Shown here piece after piece: positions 24,856 through 36,894 of a stretch of 41,760 nucleotides of DNA. Below the pieces are notes generated by a model. That model saw nothing but the letters and a program-made list of their open reading frames with translations. It had not been told where the DNA came from and ran no database searches. Numbering within the stretch: the first letter of the stretch is position 1; each line of letters opens with the position of its first letter. The DNA comes from Macrostomum lignano (taxonomy: Eukaryota): NCBI GenBank assembly GCA_002269645.1, contig NIVC01002834.1, forward strand, positions 1 through 41,760, in the 5' to 3' direction. A program made the position numbers and the translations under genes.

Positions 24856-26326
24856 ATGGCTGAAACAAAAACTATGTGGAGTGATAAATTTCATTTCAAA
24901 AAGCACCGACAGTATATTAATGAGGTCAGAGCAAAAGATTTAAATTATACCCTACCAACAAGTGATAATTCAAATAACTTTACTACTGGAACGGTAACTT
25001 TTGACATCGGCGCAACCAACACTATATTGGATATGAAAAATGCGTTTTTCCGCGTTAGATGGTTGTATACTAGAAATGATGGAACTGCTCTTGCAGCCGG
25101 AGATATCGCAGATCGATCCGGAATAATAATAGAAAATGATTGGTTTTATAAATGTTTTTCCCAAGCTCAACTAACTGTTAATGGTGCTGAGGTTGAGACA
25201 TCATCAAACCCCGCAGAGATTAATGGAGTTTTGAAACATTTAAATTATACTTATTTATCAAAACAAGTTGGTGCTAATGTTGGGTGGATGCCGGATAAAG
25301 GTAACGGTCAAGCAGTAGTTTTACCTAATGTACAAAACGCAGCCGGTGCAGATACTGCAGCGCTAATTGTTTACCTTAATACAAACATAGTTCCAGTTGT
25401 AACCACTATGACTAATACAAAAGATATTAATACTGGTTTTATAGATCGTCAGAATAAATTCCCAGTCGCGGTTTTAACCACAGCAACAGCATATGAGCAG
25501 GACTTTTCAATCTTTCCACTATTTGGGTTTTTCTCACCAAATCGGGTATGGAAAGGATTAAAATTTGGGATACAGTTGCAAATATCTGGTGGATATCAGC
25601 CTAGGATACTTTATGGAACCTCAATTTCAACCGATATAGCAGTTCGTATAGATTCAATTCAATTAGTCGTACCAACTATTGAGGTAACAGCCCGCTTTTA
25701 AAACACATCGATAATCAGTTAACGCATGATCAGGAAATATTTTATTTGAATCGTAGACACTTTATGCGAACCATTAATAACAATCAGGATTCATTCCAGT
25801 GGCAAATACTGACATCAAAACGTCGGGTGAGATATATTTTTGTTTGGTTTAAGATAACAAATAGAAGGAGTAAAAGAGCAAATGGGGATTTATATTGGCT
25901 TCAATCGGGTGACATAGCAGCACAAGCAGCTACCGCAACAGACAACGCAGTTGCTGCAATTAACGAGTTTAATGTTCAGAATATCCGCCTGCAGGTTGAT
26001 GATCAATATTATCCGGTTAAAGATCCTCTTAATCTAAATATTGCAAATAATAATGTTAATGATTTTATAAAATATTATCAAGATTATGCCAAAAATGAAG
26101 CGTATGCCGTCCCTCAGTACACACCCACAGAGTTTCTAAACATTCATCCAGTGGTTGTTTATGATCTAACGGCACAGAAAGAAAACGTAGCCAATATTGG
26201 ACTTAATTATATGTTAGAGATTAATAAAACGGTAATCAGGCACTTGACGCCCACGTATTGTTTCTAGAGGAATATATGTCAATTGCTAAAGCTGATGGCA
26301 CGATTGTTCGGGACGCGCCGCTGTAA
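24856..26326 (+). CDS. Major capsid protein (double jelly-roll), broken by two -1 frameshifts (~25695, ~26230)
   Basis: FSQAQLTVNGAEVETSSNP, VRYIFVWF, IRLQVDDQYYP...LNIANN, HPVVVYDLTAQKE match Polinton MCP motifs. Frames rejoin as ...PLLKHIDNQL... and ...GNQALDAHVLFLEEY...DAPL*. Confidence 0.8.
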
Positions 26327-26377
26327 AATGAGTGCAGGTCTCCGACCGTCGCGCCTATTTAAATTATTTCTTTAAAA

Positions 26378-27172
26378 ATGGTAAAGGCAAAACACGATAA
26401 GATATTTCCAAATGATCCTTTTCTTTGTTTAGTAATCGGAGGATCAGGTAAAGGAAAAACACACTTTGTTTACGATTTATTAACAACAGATGGAATGTTA
26501 GACTATAATAATTTAATAATTTATACTAATAAACCTAGAATAAAATATTATGAATTTCTTAAACATGGATTAAAAAACAAATTAAAAAAAGATGTCTTGT
26601 TTAGAATGTTAAGAGCATATGAGCAATATGAGGATGATGACGAACCGCGATTTAATCTAGCAGACATTGAGGATTTATGTAAAACAATGGCACAACAGCC
26701 AGAAAACATCACCGATCGCCCCGAAGGGTCGCGGACTTCGTCCGATCGCGCCCCAACTGTTAGAGTATCAACCCGATTAGCCTATGATCAAATTCCAAAA
26801 CATGATAAAACACTAATTATTTTTGATGATTGTATTAATGACGGTGATCAAGAATTACAAAAGGAAATTTTTGTTAGTGGTAGAGGAGATGGAATTGGAG
26901 CTTTTTATCTTACTCAATCCTTTAGAGAATTAGAATCGATTATAAAAAAGAATGCTAGCTGTTGTGTAATGTTTGATTTAGATAACTATGATCTACAAAA
27001 TATTCACGCTAGATTTAATCCCGGATTGGATGCAAAACCATTTAAAAGTATGTGTAAAAAAATTTGGGATGATAGCCAATACAAACATATTTATATCAAT
27101 CCGAGGTTAGAAAGGAAACATAGAATTTTAACAAATTTGATAAAAGAAGATAATGAGGAAGAAGAGACATAG
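26378..27172 (+). CDS. A32/FtsK-like DNA packaging ATPase
   Basis: Walker A GGSGKGKT, Walker B LIIFDD, SGRG and LTQS motifs. Confidence 0.92.
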   Translation: MVKAKHDKIFPNDPFLCLVIGGSGKGKTHFVYDLLTTDGMLDYNNLIIYTNKPRIKYYEFLKHGLKNKLKKDVLFRMLRAYEQYEDDDEPRFNLADIEDLCKTMAQQPENITDRPEGSRTSSDRAPTVRVSTRLAYDQIPKHDKTLIIFDDCINDGDQELQKEIFVSGRGDGIGAFYLTQSFRELESIIKKNASCCVMFDLDNYDLQNIHARFNPGLDAKPFKSMCKKIWDDSQYKHIYINPRLERKHRILTNLIKEDNEEEET

Positions 27173-27211
27173 CACGCGTACCTTCGGTACGATTAATTTC
27201 CCACTATAAAA

Positions 27212-27991
27212 ATGACTACAAATTTAAATACTATAAAACAATTGGTAGATCGAACTAATTCAAAATTTAGTACAACATTACAGTTTATAATGACAACCAG
27301 CGAGCAACGGATTCAATTGCGCGATCCATTACAACTTGATCAAAGCCTAAGTTATCAAATAGGTTTAATTCTATTTTCGGTTTTCAACATGCCTCAATTA
27401 ATTAATGCAACAAATAATCAATTTAGATATTCTAAAGATTCCGGAGCCAATTGGACAACATTTAGCGTTAACCCAGGAGCGTATAGCTATACTGATTTGA
27501 ATGCTTATATAGAAGGAGAATTAACAACTAATGGTGATTGGGTAGCAGGAGCAATTGTTATAGGTGTTGATTTACCGTCTGGCAGATTCACACTATCACT
27601 AGGATCCGGATATCAGGTTGATTTCACAATTGCAAATTCACTCAGAACCATACTTGGATTTAATTCCCGAATAGTTACCACATCAAGCACCGGTGATACA
27701 GTTGGAAATATAGAGGGTGGAGTAAATACAATTAATATAACAACCGACATTTCAAACGGTGGTTATATAACAGAATAACGGAGTTTTGGTTCAACGTGGA
27801 ATTATTTATTCAATCCCATTTCTTGCTGTTCCAATTGGAGAGAAAATGATTGTTGCACCCAAACCCCAATATATTATCCTTTAAATCAATATGTTCAATC
27901 AATTTATATTAGGATTGTAGATGAAAGCGATAGATTAATAAGTTTTGGTGGGCAGTCAATAACAATAATTTTACGTATAAAACAGGTTTAA
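27212..27991 (+). CDS. Minor capsid (penton) protein, two frameshifts near 27775 and 27868
   Basis: YQIGL..FSVFN...INATNNQFRY, PGAYSYTDLN, and C-terminal IYYPL...IRIVDESDRLISFGGQSITIILRIK after frame correction. Confidence 0.78.
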
Positions 27992-28004
27992 TCCTATAGT
28001 AAAA

Positions 28005-28187
28005 ATGGGTAATAATAATAATAATAATTTAATAAAAAAACAATCAGAAAAAGTTAAAAAAGCTGAAGATAATTACGAACTAGAACTAGCAAAATTAAGG
28101 CAGTTACAAGCTGATAAAATAAGAAAGGAATTGTTAAAACCCACACCTACGAAACTAACTAAAACCAAGAGTTTTTCAGGAACATAA
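28005..28187 (+). CDS. Small basic protein (60 aa) with N-terminal MG
   Basis: gtaaaaATG start; fills the gap between penton and protease. Confidence 0.55.
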   Translation: MGNNNNNNLIKKQSEKVKKAEDNYELELAKLRQLQADKIRKELLKPTPTKLTKTKSFSGT

Positions 28188-28188
28188 A

Positions 28189-28623
28189 ATGACCATGACG
28201 TGGGATGATTTTAAACAAAGATATGGAACGGACACAACAAGCAATATCGAATTAACAAATTGGGCGAGGCAGTTAAAAATAAAACCATTCAGATGTGTTA
28301 TGCGAGATGAGATCAAAGACTTACCACAATATGGATCTTACATTGTTAATATTGAAACAACAAAAGAAAATGGTGTTCATTGGTCAGCAGTTTATTCAAA
28401 ACCAAAACTTGTTTATTTTTTTGATTCATACGCGCTTCCTCCGTTACAGGAAATAAAAGACAAATTTAATCATACTAAAAATCGTTTATGTGGAGATCAT
28501 CACGAACAATTTCAAACATTTGATAAAAGTTATTGCGGGCAAGCGGCGTTGTATTTTTTATATCGACTTTCGAATGAAGCTCGTGTAAACCCCGAAGATC
28601 ATTTGCCGATGGCACGATTTTAG
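28189..28623 (+). CDS. Adenain/Ulp1-like cysteine protease
   Basis: Catalytic order GVHW, FFDSY, QFQ, YCG (His-Asp-Gln-Cys). Confidence 0.9.
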   Translation: MTMTWDDFKQRYGTDTTSNIELTNWARQLKIKPFRCVMRDEIKDLPQYGSYIVNIETTKENGVHWSAVYSKPKLVYFFDSYALPPLQEIKDKFNHTKNRLCGDHHEQFQTFDKSYCGQAALYFLYRLSNEARVNPEDHLPMARF

Positions 28624-28647
28624 ACTCTATAAAATAGACAGTAAAAA

Positions 28648-30630
28648 ATGTTATTTTCTGGAACACCCTCATGGAACGGAACAACAAGTAGTGGTGGTGG
28701 TGGCACATCTGGTGGAATAAGTGTTACATTTGGAGATAATCGATATATTAATGAAGATGAAGGTTATAAAAAAAGTGAAGTTGATACTAAACTAAATTTA
28801 AAAAGAAATGTTGCAGATTCCTATACCAAAACTCAAATAGATGATTCACTAAATCTGAAACGGAACGTAGCCGATTCCTATACCAAAACCGAAGTTGATA
28901 ATTCATTAAATTTAAAACGCAATACAGCCGATTCTTATACCAAAACAGAGGTTGATAATTCATTAAATTTAAAACGCAATACAGCCGATTCTTATACCAA
29001 AACCGAAGTTGATAATTCATTAAATTTGAAACGGAACGTAGCCGATTCTTATACCAAAACCGAAGTTGATAATGGATTAAATTTAAAAAGAGATGTAACT
29101 GATTCTTATTCTCGAACTGATTCTGATTCACGTTATGTTCAAACCACCGCAACCGGAAACCTAGATATGAGCAACAACCGAATTATAAATGTTTCAATTA
29201 CAACTAGTGATTCAGTGGTTGATAAGAACTATGTCGATAATCAAGTTGCCACTCGTAGTGGTAATATTAATATGAATAATTTTAAATTAACAAATTTATT
29301 ATTTGGAACAGATAACGCAGACTCGATAACTCTAGGCCAAGTAAACGAGCGAGCTAATGCAACCGACGCCGATATTTTTACCACGCCGCTTACATCAAAT
29401 ACTTCAAATCCTGATGTTGTTCTTACAGCATCTGAAAATGGCAACACAGCTTTTCGAGTTGGAGATGGAAGCCTTGCGACACAATGGTCACCAAATACCG
29501 GAACCACAACCAATATGGAAATTCAATTTGAATTTTTAGGTTATAATAGAAGAATATTTGAATTAAGAATTACAGGCAGTGAAACAATTGAGATACCCTC
29601 GGGTGGTCGGTTCGCGCAAAAAATGTTGCTACCGATTCATGGACGACATTAACTACGTCGGGATCACCAGTTCAAGCAACATCATTTGCTCTATCTAATT
29701 TAACGACTAATTTTTGGAAATATTATAGCGTATTCTTCCCAACTGGTGGTACCGGTACACAACCTATCGAGGTTCGTCAAATACAATTATTTGAACACCG
29801 TGTTGAAATTCAAGATCTTAATTGGCCAACTCAAATACTTTCTGCAGTTCCGCGAGCGTACGTAGATCAGCTAGCTACTCCAACATCAAATGGTAGAATG
29901 TCTGGAAGCGATAAAAATAAATTGGATGGAATACCTGCTATTGATGCGGCCTTGTTCGAACCAGTAATTTGCAATTGGTCTGGATATCAAAATCCAACAA
30001 CCGCCGGAGATATATATCCAGTCGGTTCTTTAATTGGTGACGCTTCTTATATCGATTATCAAAACGGCGCTAGAATTACTCGTGAAACTTCTGGAGTAAG
30101 TGGTGCTTTACAATTCAATTTCACACATTTTCAAAATATATCTGCGTCTTTCTTTTTCCGAGTTGCTAATGCTACAGGAGATGGTGCAGATGCGGTTTGG
30201 TTTTATGCATACTGTCACCAACGTCCAACATCGGAATTTGGATCTGGATTATCAACCGACGCCGGATTGATAGTTTTTGCTAGTGAGTGGCATGATAAAT
30301 TTGGACTTTGGAGTTAAAAAAAATCAGACGGATCAAGCGCGCGATGTTAATACTGACGCGGATCAAACTGTAGCCTATGCAAATATTGATAAATCGAATT
30401 CATACATACAATGTTGCTGGTGATTCTTATACCCTCATTGGCAGAACGTTTTCACATATGATAGTGGAACTTGGGGAACTTTGATAAATCTGGAACCTTA
30501 TGGGTTTTGGTGCTCGAACTGGAGGATCGGATGCTGCACATTTTATTCGTGGCGCAGTTTGTGGTAGTACGTCGTTTGGTTATGTTTTTCCTCTACTGCT
30601 TATTTGGAAAAACCTCCTACTCAAATATAA
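28648..30630 (+). CDS. Fiber/spike-like protein with 20-aa repeats and putative carbohydrate-binding modules; several frameshifts
   Basis: About 5 copies of KTEVDNSLNLKRNxADSYT (60-bp DNA repeat, ~28770-29110). NLDMSNNRIINV / NINMNNFKLTNL. GRMSGSDKNKLDGI. GDGADAVWF...GFGARTGG..H.I (L-lectin-like). Fragments 28648-29652, 29898-30317, 30500-30630. Confidence 0.7.
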
Positions 30631-30646
30631 AATATTTCTATATAAA

Positions 30647-30973
30647 ATGGCTTTTAGTAGAACTCCATCGATGCGGCAAAATAATGTTATTATTCCTATT
30701 CCTAAACAAGAATCAAATATAAAAACATTCAAATCTCATACCAAATTTTTATTTAGTACTGTAAATGTTCAGGATAATAAGAAGCTTCAAGAATTAATTA
30801 AGTTATTAAAAAATCATATTATACTTCAAGAGTTTTGGAAAATAGGATTTAAATGGGAGAAAAAAGAAAGAATAACTCCAATACAATACCTATTAAGCTC
30901 CGGGCAAATCCCCAAAGAGCGTGGGGAATTCATTTTGGTGCTATTAAAAATAGACGAGAATGTCGGTATCTGA
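30647..30973 (+). CDS. Hypothetical viral protein (~108 aa)
   Basis: taaaATG at 30647 within track ORF 30500..30973. Confidence 0.6.
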   Translation: MAFSRTPSMRQNNVIIPIPKQESNIKTFKSHTKFLFSTVNVQDNKKLQELIKLLKNHIILQEFWKIGFKWEKKERITPIQYLLSSGQIPKERGEFILVLLKIDENVGI

Positions 30974-31614
30974 AGCAGATAAATGGGAACGCGACCGGTT
31001 CAACCAACGTAAAGGTCAGATGTTAAGTAATGTTGATCGTATTAACTATGATTATGATTTATATGCTAAAAAAGTAAGAAGAGTTTCAAACCATATAAGA
31101 AATATGGACTTTTTCAATATTGGATTTGGAAGCTTATCAATGTTATGTGTAATCGTTTTAGGTATTTTACAATCTATTCCAACTCTTAATTTATCTCAAT
31201 TATTTTTAGGTATTTCAATTGGCTCAATATCAGGTTTTGAATTGATCAGGAACTTATCAATACTTTTAGCAATTAAATTATATCTTAAAAAAAGAAAGGA
31301 AAAATATAAATCTTTAAGAGATGTTGCAACAATATAAAAATCAATTATATTTATATGTGCAAAAAATATTGGATGACGGAGAGATAACGATTCATGAATT
31401 ATCAACCGCGGTTGAATTATATGAAAAATATTTAAAAGATAGAAATAGAATTTTAGATGTTGAAACTTTTACCGATATGGAATTAAAAGAGTTGAGACTC
31501 GATAAACCCAAAGCTCCACCGATAGAAACATTAGGCATTTACGAACCTGAAACTATTGCTACTGGGGCACAAAGCCCGCGGTCAGGAAGTGCTGTAGAAC
31601 TTCAGGTTGTTTAG
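30960..31614 (+). CDS. Two-TM membrane protein of a type common in Polintons (one frameshift ~31330)
   Basis: Basic run, two hydrophobic helices, KK-rich segment, then KILDDGEITIHEL...YEKY. ORFs 30960..31337 and 31321..31614 overlap. Confidence 0.62.
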
Positions 31615-32094
31615 TTTTTCTAATGCATATGTTATATATTCTTCCCAAAGTGGTAACTCTCTTCTGATCCTAGGTTTAAATTTTTTATCAATACATAAAA
31701 ATTCCAATGACTTTTTCAATAACATTTCGTTAGGTATGTTACCTATCCTTATAAACTTTGTATTCTCTCGAATAAGAAAATTGAAATAATATCCAACTAA
31801 AATTAAAATCCTTTCGGAGTCTTTCGAACTTAATCCCTTTCCTTTATTTAAATGGAAAAAGTTATTATATAAATAAACATTATTTCCGGGAATTAAAATT
31901 GGATCAGAAATGTCTCTTGTAAGATTTCTTAAAATTGTGTTTTTAAAATAGTAATATGAGTTTTCAATCTTTTTTGTTTTTTCAAATTGATATATTTTAG
32001 AACATGAATAACACATATGATATATATCTCCGTTTGCTGTTTGCCCTCTGTGCATAGTCACATTACATTTATTACAAACATAAATGTCTTTCAT
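31582..32094 (-). CDS. Hypothetical protein with N-terminal zinc ribbon (170 aa)
   Basis: CNKC-x17-CYSC; aaaaaATG start. Confidence 0.65.
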   Translation of the reverse strand: MKDIYVCNKCNVTMHRGQTANGDIYHMCYSCSKIYQFEKTKKIENSYYYFKNTILRNLTRDISDPILIPGNNVYLYNNFFHLNKGKGLSSKDSERILILVGYYFNFLIRENTKFIRIGNIPNEMLLKKSLEFLCIDKKFKPRIRRELPLWEEYITYALEKLNNLKFYSTS

Positions 32095-32120
32095 TTTTTT
32101 GTTATTTTTTTAGATTAAAA

Positions 32121-32453
32121 ATGGAGAGCTGGTTCAAAACCGATTCTAATGTGATTAATTATCTCACACCCAATATGTTGGAGAATAAAGAATATAATAT
32201 TGTATGTTTGAGACAGGTTAAATTTATTGGGCTTCAATCAATATTTTTACAATTAGATGGGCAAAAAATTTTATGTCTAAGCGGAGATGATGTTAAAAAT
32301 TTTCCTGTTTTAGTTATTAATAAACCTAAAGCGTTTGTTATGAAATACTGCAACGAGGGTGGATTGCAATTTAAACTAAAACAAACAAATAATAAAAAGA
32401 GTGATAGGACTGTAAAATTGGCGGCTGTTTGGGAGGATGACGACGAAGACTAA
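32121..32453 (+). CDS. Hypothetical viral protein (110 aa), acidic tail WEDDDED
   Basis: taaaaATG start; ORF track. Confidence 0.65.
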   Translation: MESWFKTDSNVINYLTPNMLENKEYNIVCLRQVKFIGLQSIFLQLDGQKILCLSGDDVKNFPVLVINKPKAFVMKYCNEGGLQFKLKQTNNKKSDRTVKLAAVWEDDDED

Positions 32454-32468
32454 ATTTTTTATAAGAAA

Positions 32469-32927
32469 ATGGATACGATAAAAATCCTTATCACTAAAGA
32501 GCGTGAACTTAATGATATTAATAAAAAAATAAATATAATTATATCTCAGAAATATCATGAGTATGGGGACGATATGTTTCCCATCCGATATGAGATAGAT
32601 AAAAGAAAACGTTTTTTAAGACAAGATATTGTTTATGCTGAAATAGTAATTGAAATTGAAATAGATAGATTGGTTAGAAAAATAAAAAAACTTAGGAAAA
32701 AAATAAAGGATTGTTTAAGTTACCCTGACGACTGCGAGGAAAATTGGCCTTCAATATTATATGAAATCGAAATGGATATTATGCTTAAACAATTACATGC
32801 TTTAGTTTTTTTCCGCCCGAAGGGTCGCGGATTTTATCCGATAAGTAATTTTTCTGTTAATCTCTTCCAGTTATTCAAGACTTTTTCCTTATTTAATTTT
32901 TTAAGTTCTTTTGGAAATGTTGAATAA
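32469..32927 (+). CDS. Hypothetical basic/coiled-coil protein; 3' end overlaps pPolB tail antisense
   Basis: ORF track; true end may be earlier (hairpin element at 32813-32840). Confidence 0.5.
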   Translation: MDTIKILITKERELNDINKKINIIISQKYHEYGDDMFPIRYEIDKRKRFLRQDIVYAEIVIEIEIDRLVRKIKKLRKKIKDCLSYPDDCEENWPSILYEIEMDIMLKQLHALVFFRPKGRGFYPISNFSVNLFQLFKTFSLFNFLSSFGNVE

Positions 32928-35900
32928 TAATTATCTATATCTTTTTCATATTCTAGAAATGTATTATATTCACAATCACATTCGGATTCACAATCACAAT
33001 CGTAATAATAATTATTTATTGCCGCTTTGTATTCATTATATTTACTTATTATATCTTCTTTTTGTTTTTTATCTTTTATCATATTTTTTATCTCTTCTTT
33101 TAAACCATATGGATATGTTTTAATTTTATCATCTAAATATCTTTTATCATCAAATGGACTTAATGTTTTTTTATCTGTCTCGATGACAAACATCTGATGC
33201 TTATCTGAATTTAATCGATATTGTGGAGCATGATAATTTTCAATTGTATTAAGGTAATCTAAAAGTACGTTTTTATAATCATCAAATGTTATCTTTTTTA
33301 CTGCTGCTCTTGATACCCCTTTTATTTTTTTTACCTCTCCCTCCTGTCCTAAAACCTTAAATGCATAGCATTTTGATCTTATTGCTATAAACTCGGTTAT
33401 GATTTTGCTATTTAATTCATCTTTCATTTTAAGTACAACTTTTTTATTTTGATCTGATTTTAAAGGATGGTTATCCGGATAGTCGGATGTGTCCAATGTA
33501 TCCTTAATTTTTTCCATATCTTTATAGACATCGAACCTTTGGTTCGCGGCTGCCCGATCTCTGTTTCAACCTTAAATACCAAACTGTCGGTGTCTGCATA
33601 TATTGGATAGTTATCTGGCCATGTTTTATTTATAACATCATAATAATATTCATACATTACCAGCTTTGCATAATCTAAAACAACCATTCCAATAAATATT
33701 GGTTTAAGAAATTTTGTTGTTTTATTTCTCATATGAATACCCATAAAGTTATCATCAAATTTTATAAAGTCTTTAAAGTTAGGTTTTGAGAAATATTTCT
33801 TTGCTTTATCAATATCCTTTTCTAAATGGAATTGGGTTCTATCTCTAATATTTTCAACCGTTTTTCCATAAAAAGCATTATTCATTAATTTCCAATAATC
33901 TTTCTCAAAATTTGTTTTTGACATCTGTCTCTGATTTGAATTAAAGTCAATATATTTAGCTAACCAATCTTCCTCAATAAACGATATTGTTCGATGTACT
34001 TTAGACACTTTTAATCCCTGCTTTTCATAAAATTGTAGAAGCTTATAATGCACTACATAGTTTTTCTTATCATGTAAATTTAATATTAATTTTTTTGTTG
34101 CTAGATGTTTTGCATTATCTACTTTAAGATAATCTTTTTGTGTTTGTGATAAATCATCTTCATTAACTGAACAATGCTCTGGAGCTAAAGGATATTTATA
34201 TGTTTTTGCTTTTGCTTCCCGAGTATATTGCAAATCCACCTCTACAATACAGCCCCTTCCTTCGGGAATATTTTTGTAATAATCGGGGTCATCTTCCCAT
34301 TGGAAATCAGCTATTGGTAATTTTTGTTTCATACAACCACCGTATAAATTGTTTGCATCTAGATATAATACATATGATGATTTTTCTTTTTTATTATAAT
34401 TTGGTAGATATTTATTATTTACTTTAGTATATCTATCTCCTAGTACACCCGAGAATCCGCCGCGAATTCCTCTCTCAATCATTAACAACATATCATGATC
34501 AGTTAGTAAATCAATCTTAACATCTGTATGTTTCAAACCACAAGCCCATGTTAATCCCGGTGCACTGAAACAATATGCGGGATCAATTTTAAAATTCTCA
34601 TATGTATGATTCCTAAAGTTTTCAAATGCATCAGCTAATAGGAGAACATCTGCTTTAAGATATAGATTATGATAATCTTTAAATGTTTTACAATTAAAGT
34701 ATTTCCATACTTTTTGAGCGTGTTCATAATCCGATTCACTTATGTTTGTTTGTGATAATGTTGAATAAAACTTTTCAATTGGGGGTAATTCGGTATGAAA
34801 AAATACGTCTTCAGATGTTACATATTCATATGGGTAGATGCCCTTACGAGTTAATAGCATTAGTTCTTCCTCGGATAGTTTTTCCTTTTTGAAACGATTC
34901 AATAGTATTGGAAAGTTTTTCTTTACTATTTCTAAATCCCATGGTTTTGGAACTAATGATGAAACAACATTTGCTAAAGATGTTGATAAGAATCTCAAGG
35001 AATCTAGAAAAACTAGATGGGAGTATTTCTTACCATATGTTATTGATATGTAATTTTCTGATGTTTTAGGTAATATATTTATTTCATATTCATCCTTTCC
35101 TAAATGAAGCAATTCTCGAACTAAGAAATGAAAATCATATCCGGAACCATTATGAAAAAATACTGGTATTTCCTTACATCCTTTTCCTTCTTTTGCATTA
35201 CATGATCTACATGCTGCCCCTCGATAATTTCCGTTAGATGACAATGTTCTCGTATCTTATTTTTCTTACTTAAATATCTTTTGCACATAAAACAATTTGT
35301 TGCATTTTTATAATTGTCTCTATCCTTATTTGTCATATTAATATTTTTTGATAATTTATCATATTGATTTTGAATATATTCAAATACATTTACTAATGAT
35401 TCTGCCATGTGCTTAGCTGCATCATTACCGTGGTAAGTAATCATCCTTGATTTAAATATATGATCAGCTACGGAGTGTACATATATACAATAACTATTCG
35501 GAAACTGTTGTGCAATTTTTTTGTGCATTCACCGTCCCGTAGGGTCGCATGCTTTGCATGACCGTCATCAGATGCCGTCTGTGATTCTTTTAAGGGAACA
35601 TTTGTTGCTTCAAAATCAGCATATATTACTATTGGTTTTTTAACTGCCATATAATGTTGTTGGAACTTTAGGGTTGCATCTTCAGATGCTGGCATTATAG
35701 CATTAGTAAATTTGTGATCTAAACAAAATCGTTGGTGGTTTTTAAGAGCTGTTTCATCCTTTTTAAATGTAAAACAATTTCTACATAGTGGATATCTATT
35801 TCTATTTTCTCTTAAAAAAGAACTAATATCTTTTATGTATATATAATGTGTTTCATTTTCGCGCTGCATGTACAAAAGATCGATTTGATCTGGTGCTGTT

Positions 35901-36568
35901 ATATCAGTTGCTGGCTTAACAAGATAACACCTTTTCTTATACCATTCTGGATCGACCTGCTGAATTTCTTCTAGATCTTTGGTTCTTCAATTGTAAAACA
36001 TTAATATTTAAACCATTCATTTTTTCAATCTTATATATATCATCTATTGCTACTGGGTATGATATGTTTTTCATTATTATTTCATCCTCATATTGTCTAT
36101 AATTATATATTTTATTAATGTGTGATTCTACTTGATTGTGATATTTATGAATTAATAAACACCATAATAAACATTTATTATCTTTATTGTCTGGATTTAT
36201 AATCATAGGTGATTTAAATTTGAGCTTCATATGTGATCGTCCTTTAAGAATTTCTATAGGTGCAATCTTTACTATTGCTGAATTACAGATACAAATATAA
36301 ACCCAGATCCGTTTTCTGTCATCTTATCTATCCATTCATCAAACTCAGCTTCTATTTGATCGAATTGATTGTTGTAATTTCCCATTGATAATAATGTTTT
36401 ATATGATTCTTGTGAAAAGTTATTTATTACTTCAATTTCTGAATTTGCATTAAGAATATTTGGTTTTTTAAATTCTGTTTCAACTTCTATTTTATACTTA
36501 ATTGGCTGTCGTTTGTTATTTGGCCTTATAGTATAATTGTTTAATATAGTCTTTAATTTATCTTTCAT
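32834..36568 (-). CDS. polB: Protein-primed family B DNA polymerase (pPolB) with EndoVII-like insertion; split by about 5 frameshifts
   Basis: Exo IYADFE, FHNGSGYDFHF, YLKADVLLLAD. Pol YLDANNLYG, KLMNNAFYGK, YADTDS, IRSKCY, KKIKGV, PFDDKRY. N-terminal GSGFIF...IINPDNKDNKCLLWC. Confidence 0.95.
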
Positions 36569-36618
36569 TTGTTTAAAATATTCTTTATAATTTGTATTTA
36601 TATCTATATCTATATATA

Positions 36619-36810
36619 TTACTTCAGCTCCATTTTGTCCTTGTGGTTGGGGTTATTAATATCATTTAATTGTCTTTCTAAACGTATCTCATTTTCTGCC
36701 CTAATTCTTGCTTCTATTTCAGCCCTATCGGCAATTCGTTGTGCATCGATTTGAGCTATTAATTGTGCTCTAAGTTCAGGGTTGTCGATTTGAGCTAAAA
36801 TTGCTTCCAT
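36619..36810 (-). CDS. Small coiled-coil protein (63 aa)
   Basis: taaaATG start; ORF track. Confidence 0.5.
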   Translation of the reverse strand: MEAILAQIDNPELRAQLIAQIDAQRIADRAEIEARIRAENEIRLERQLNDINNPNHKDKMELK

Positions 36811-36894
36811 TTTATAGAATAAAATTTATATAATGTTTGAATTATTGATTTTTTAATTTTGCGTTTTTGGTGTCTTGACCCACCCCCCAGGAGC

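Noticed and set aside
24856-36568. Additional group I introns or inteins at the frameshift points of MCP, penton, fiber and pPolB
   Set aside because: Reading frames rejoin within a few bases, with no inserted sequence and no P7 (GACUR / YAGUC) motifs seen
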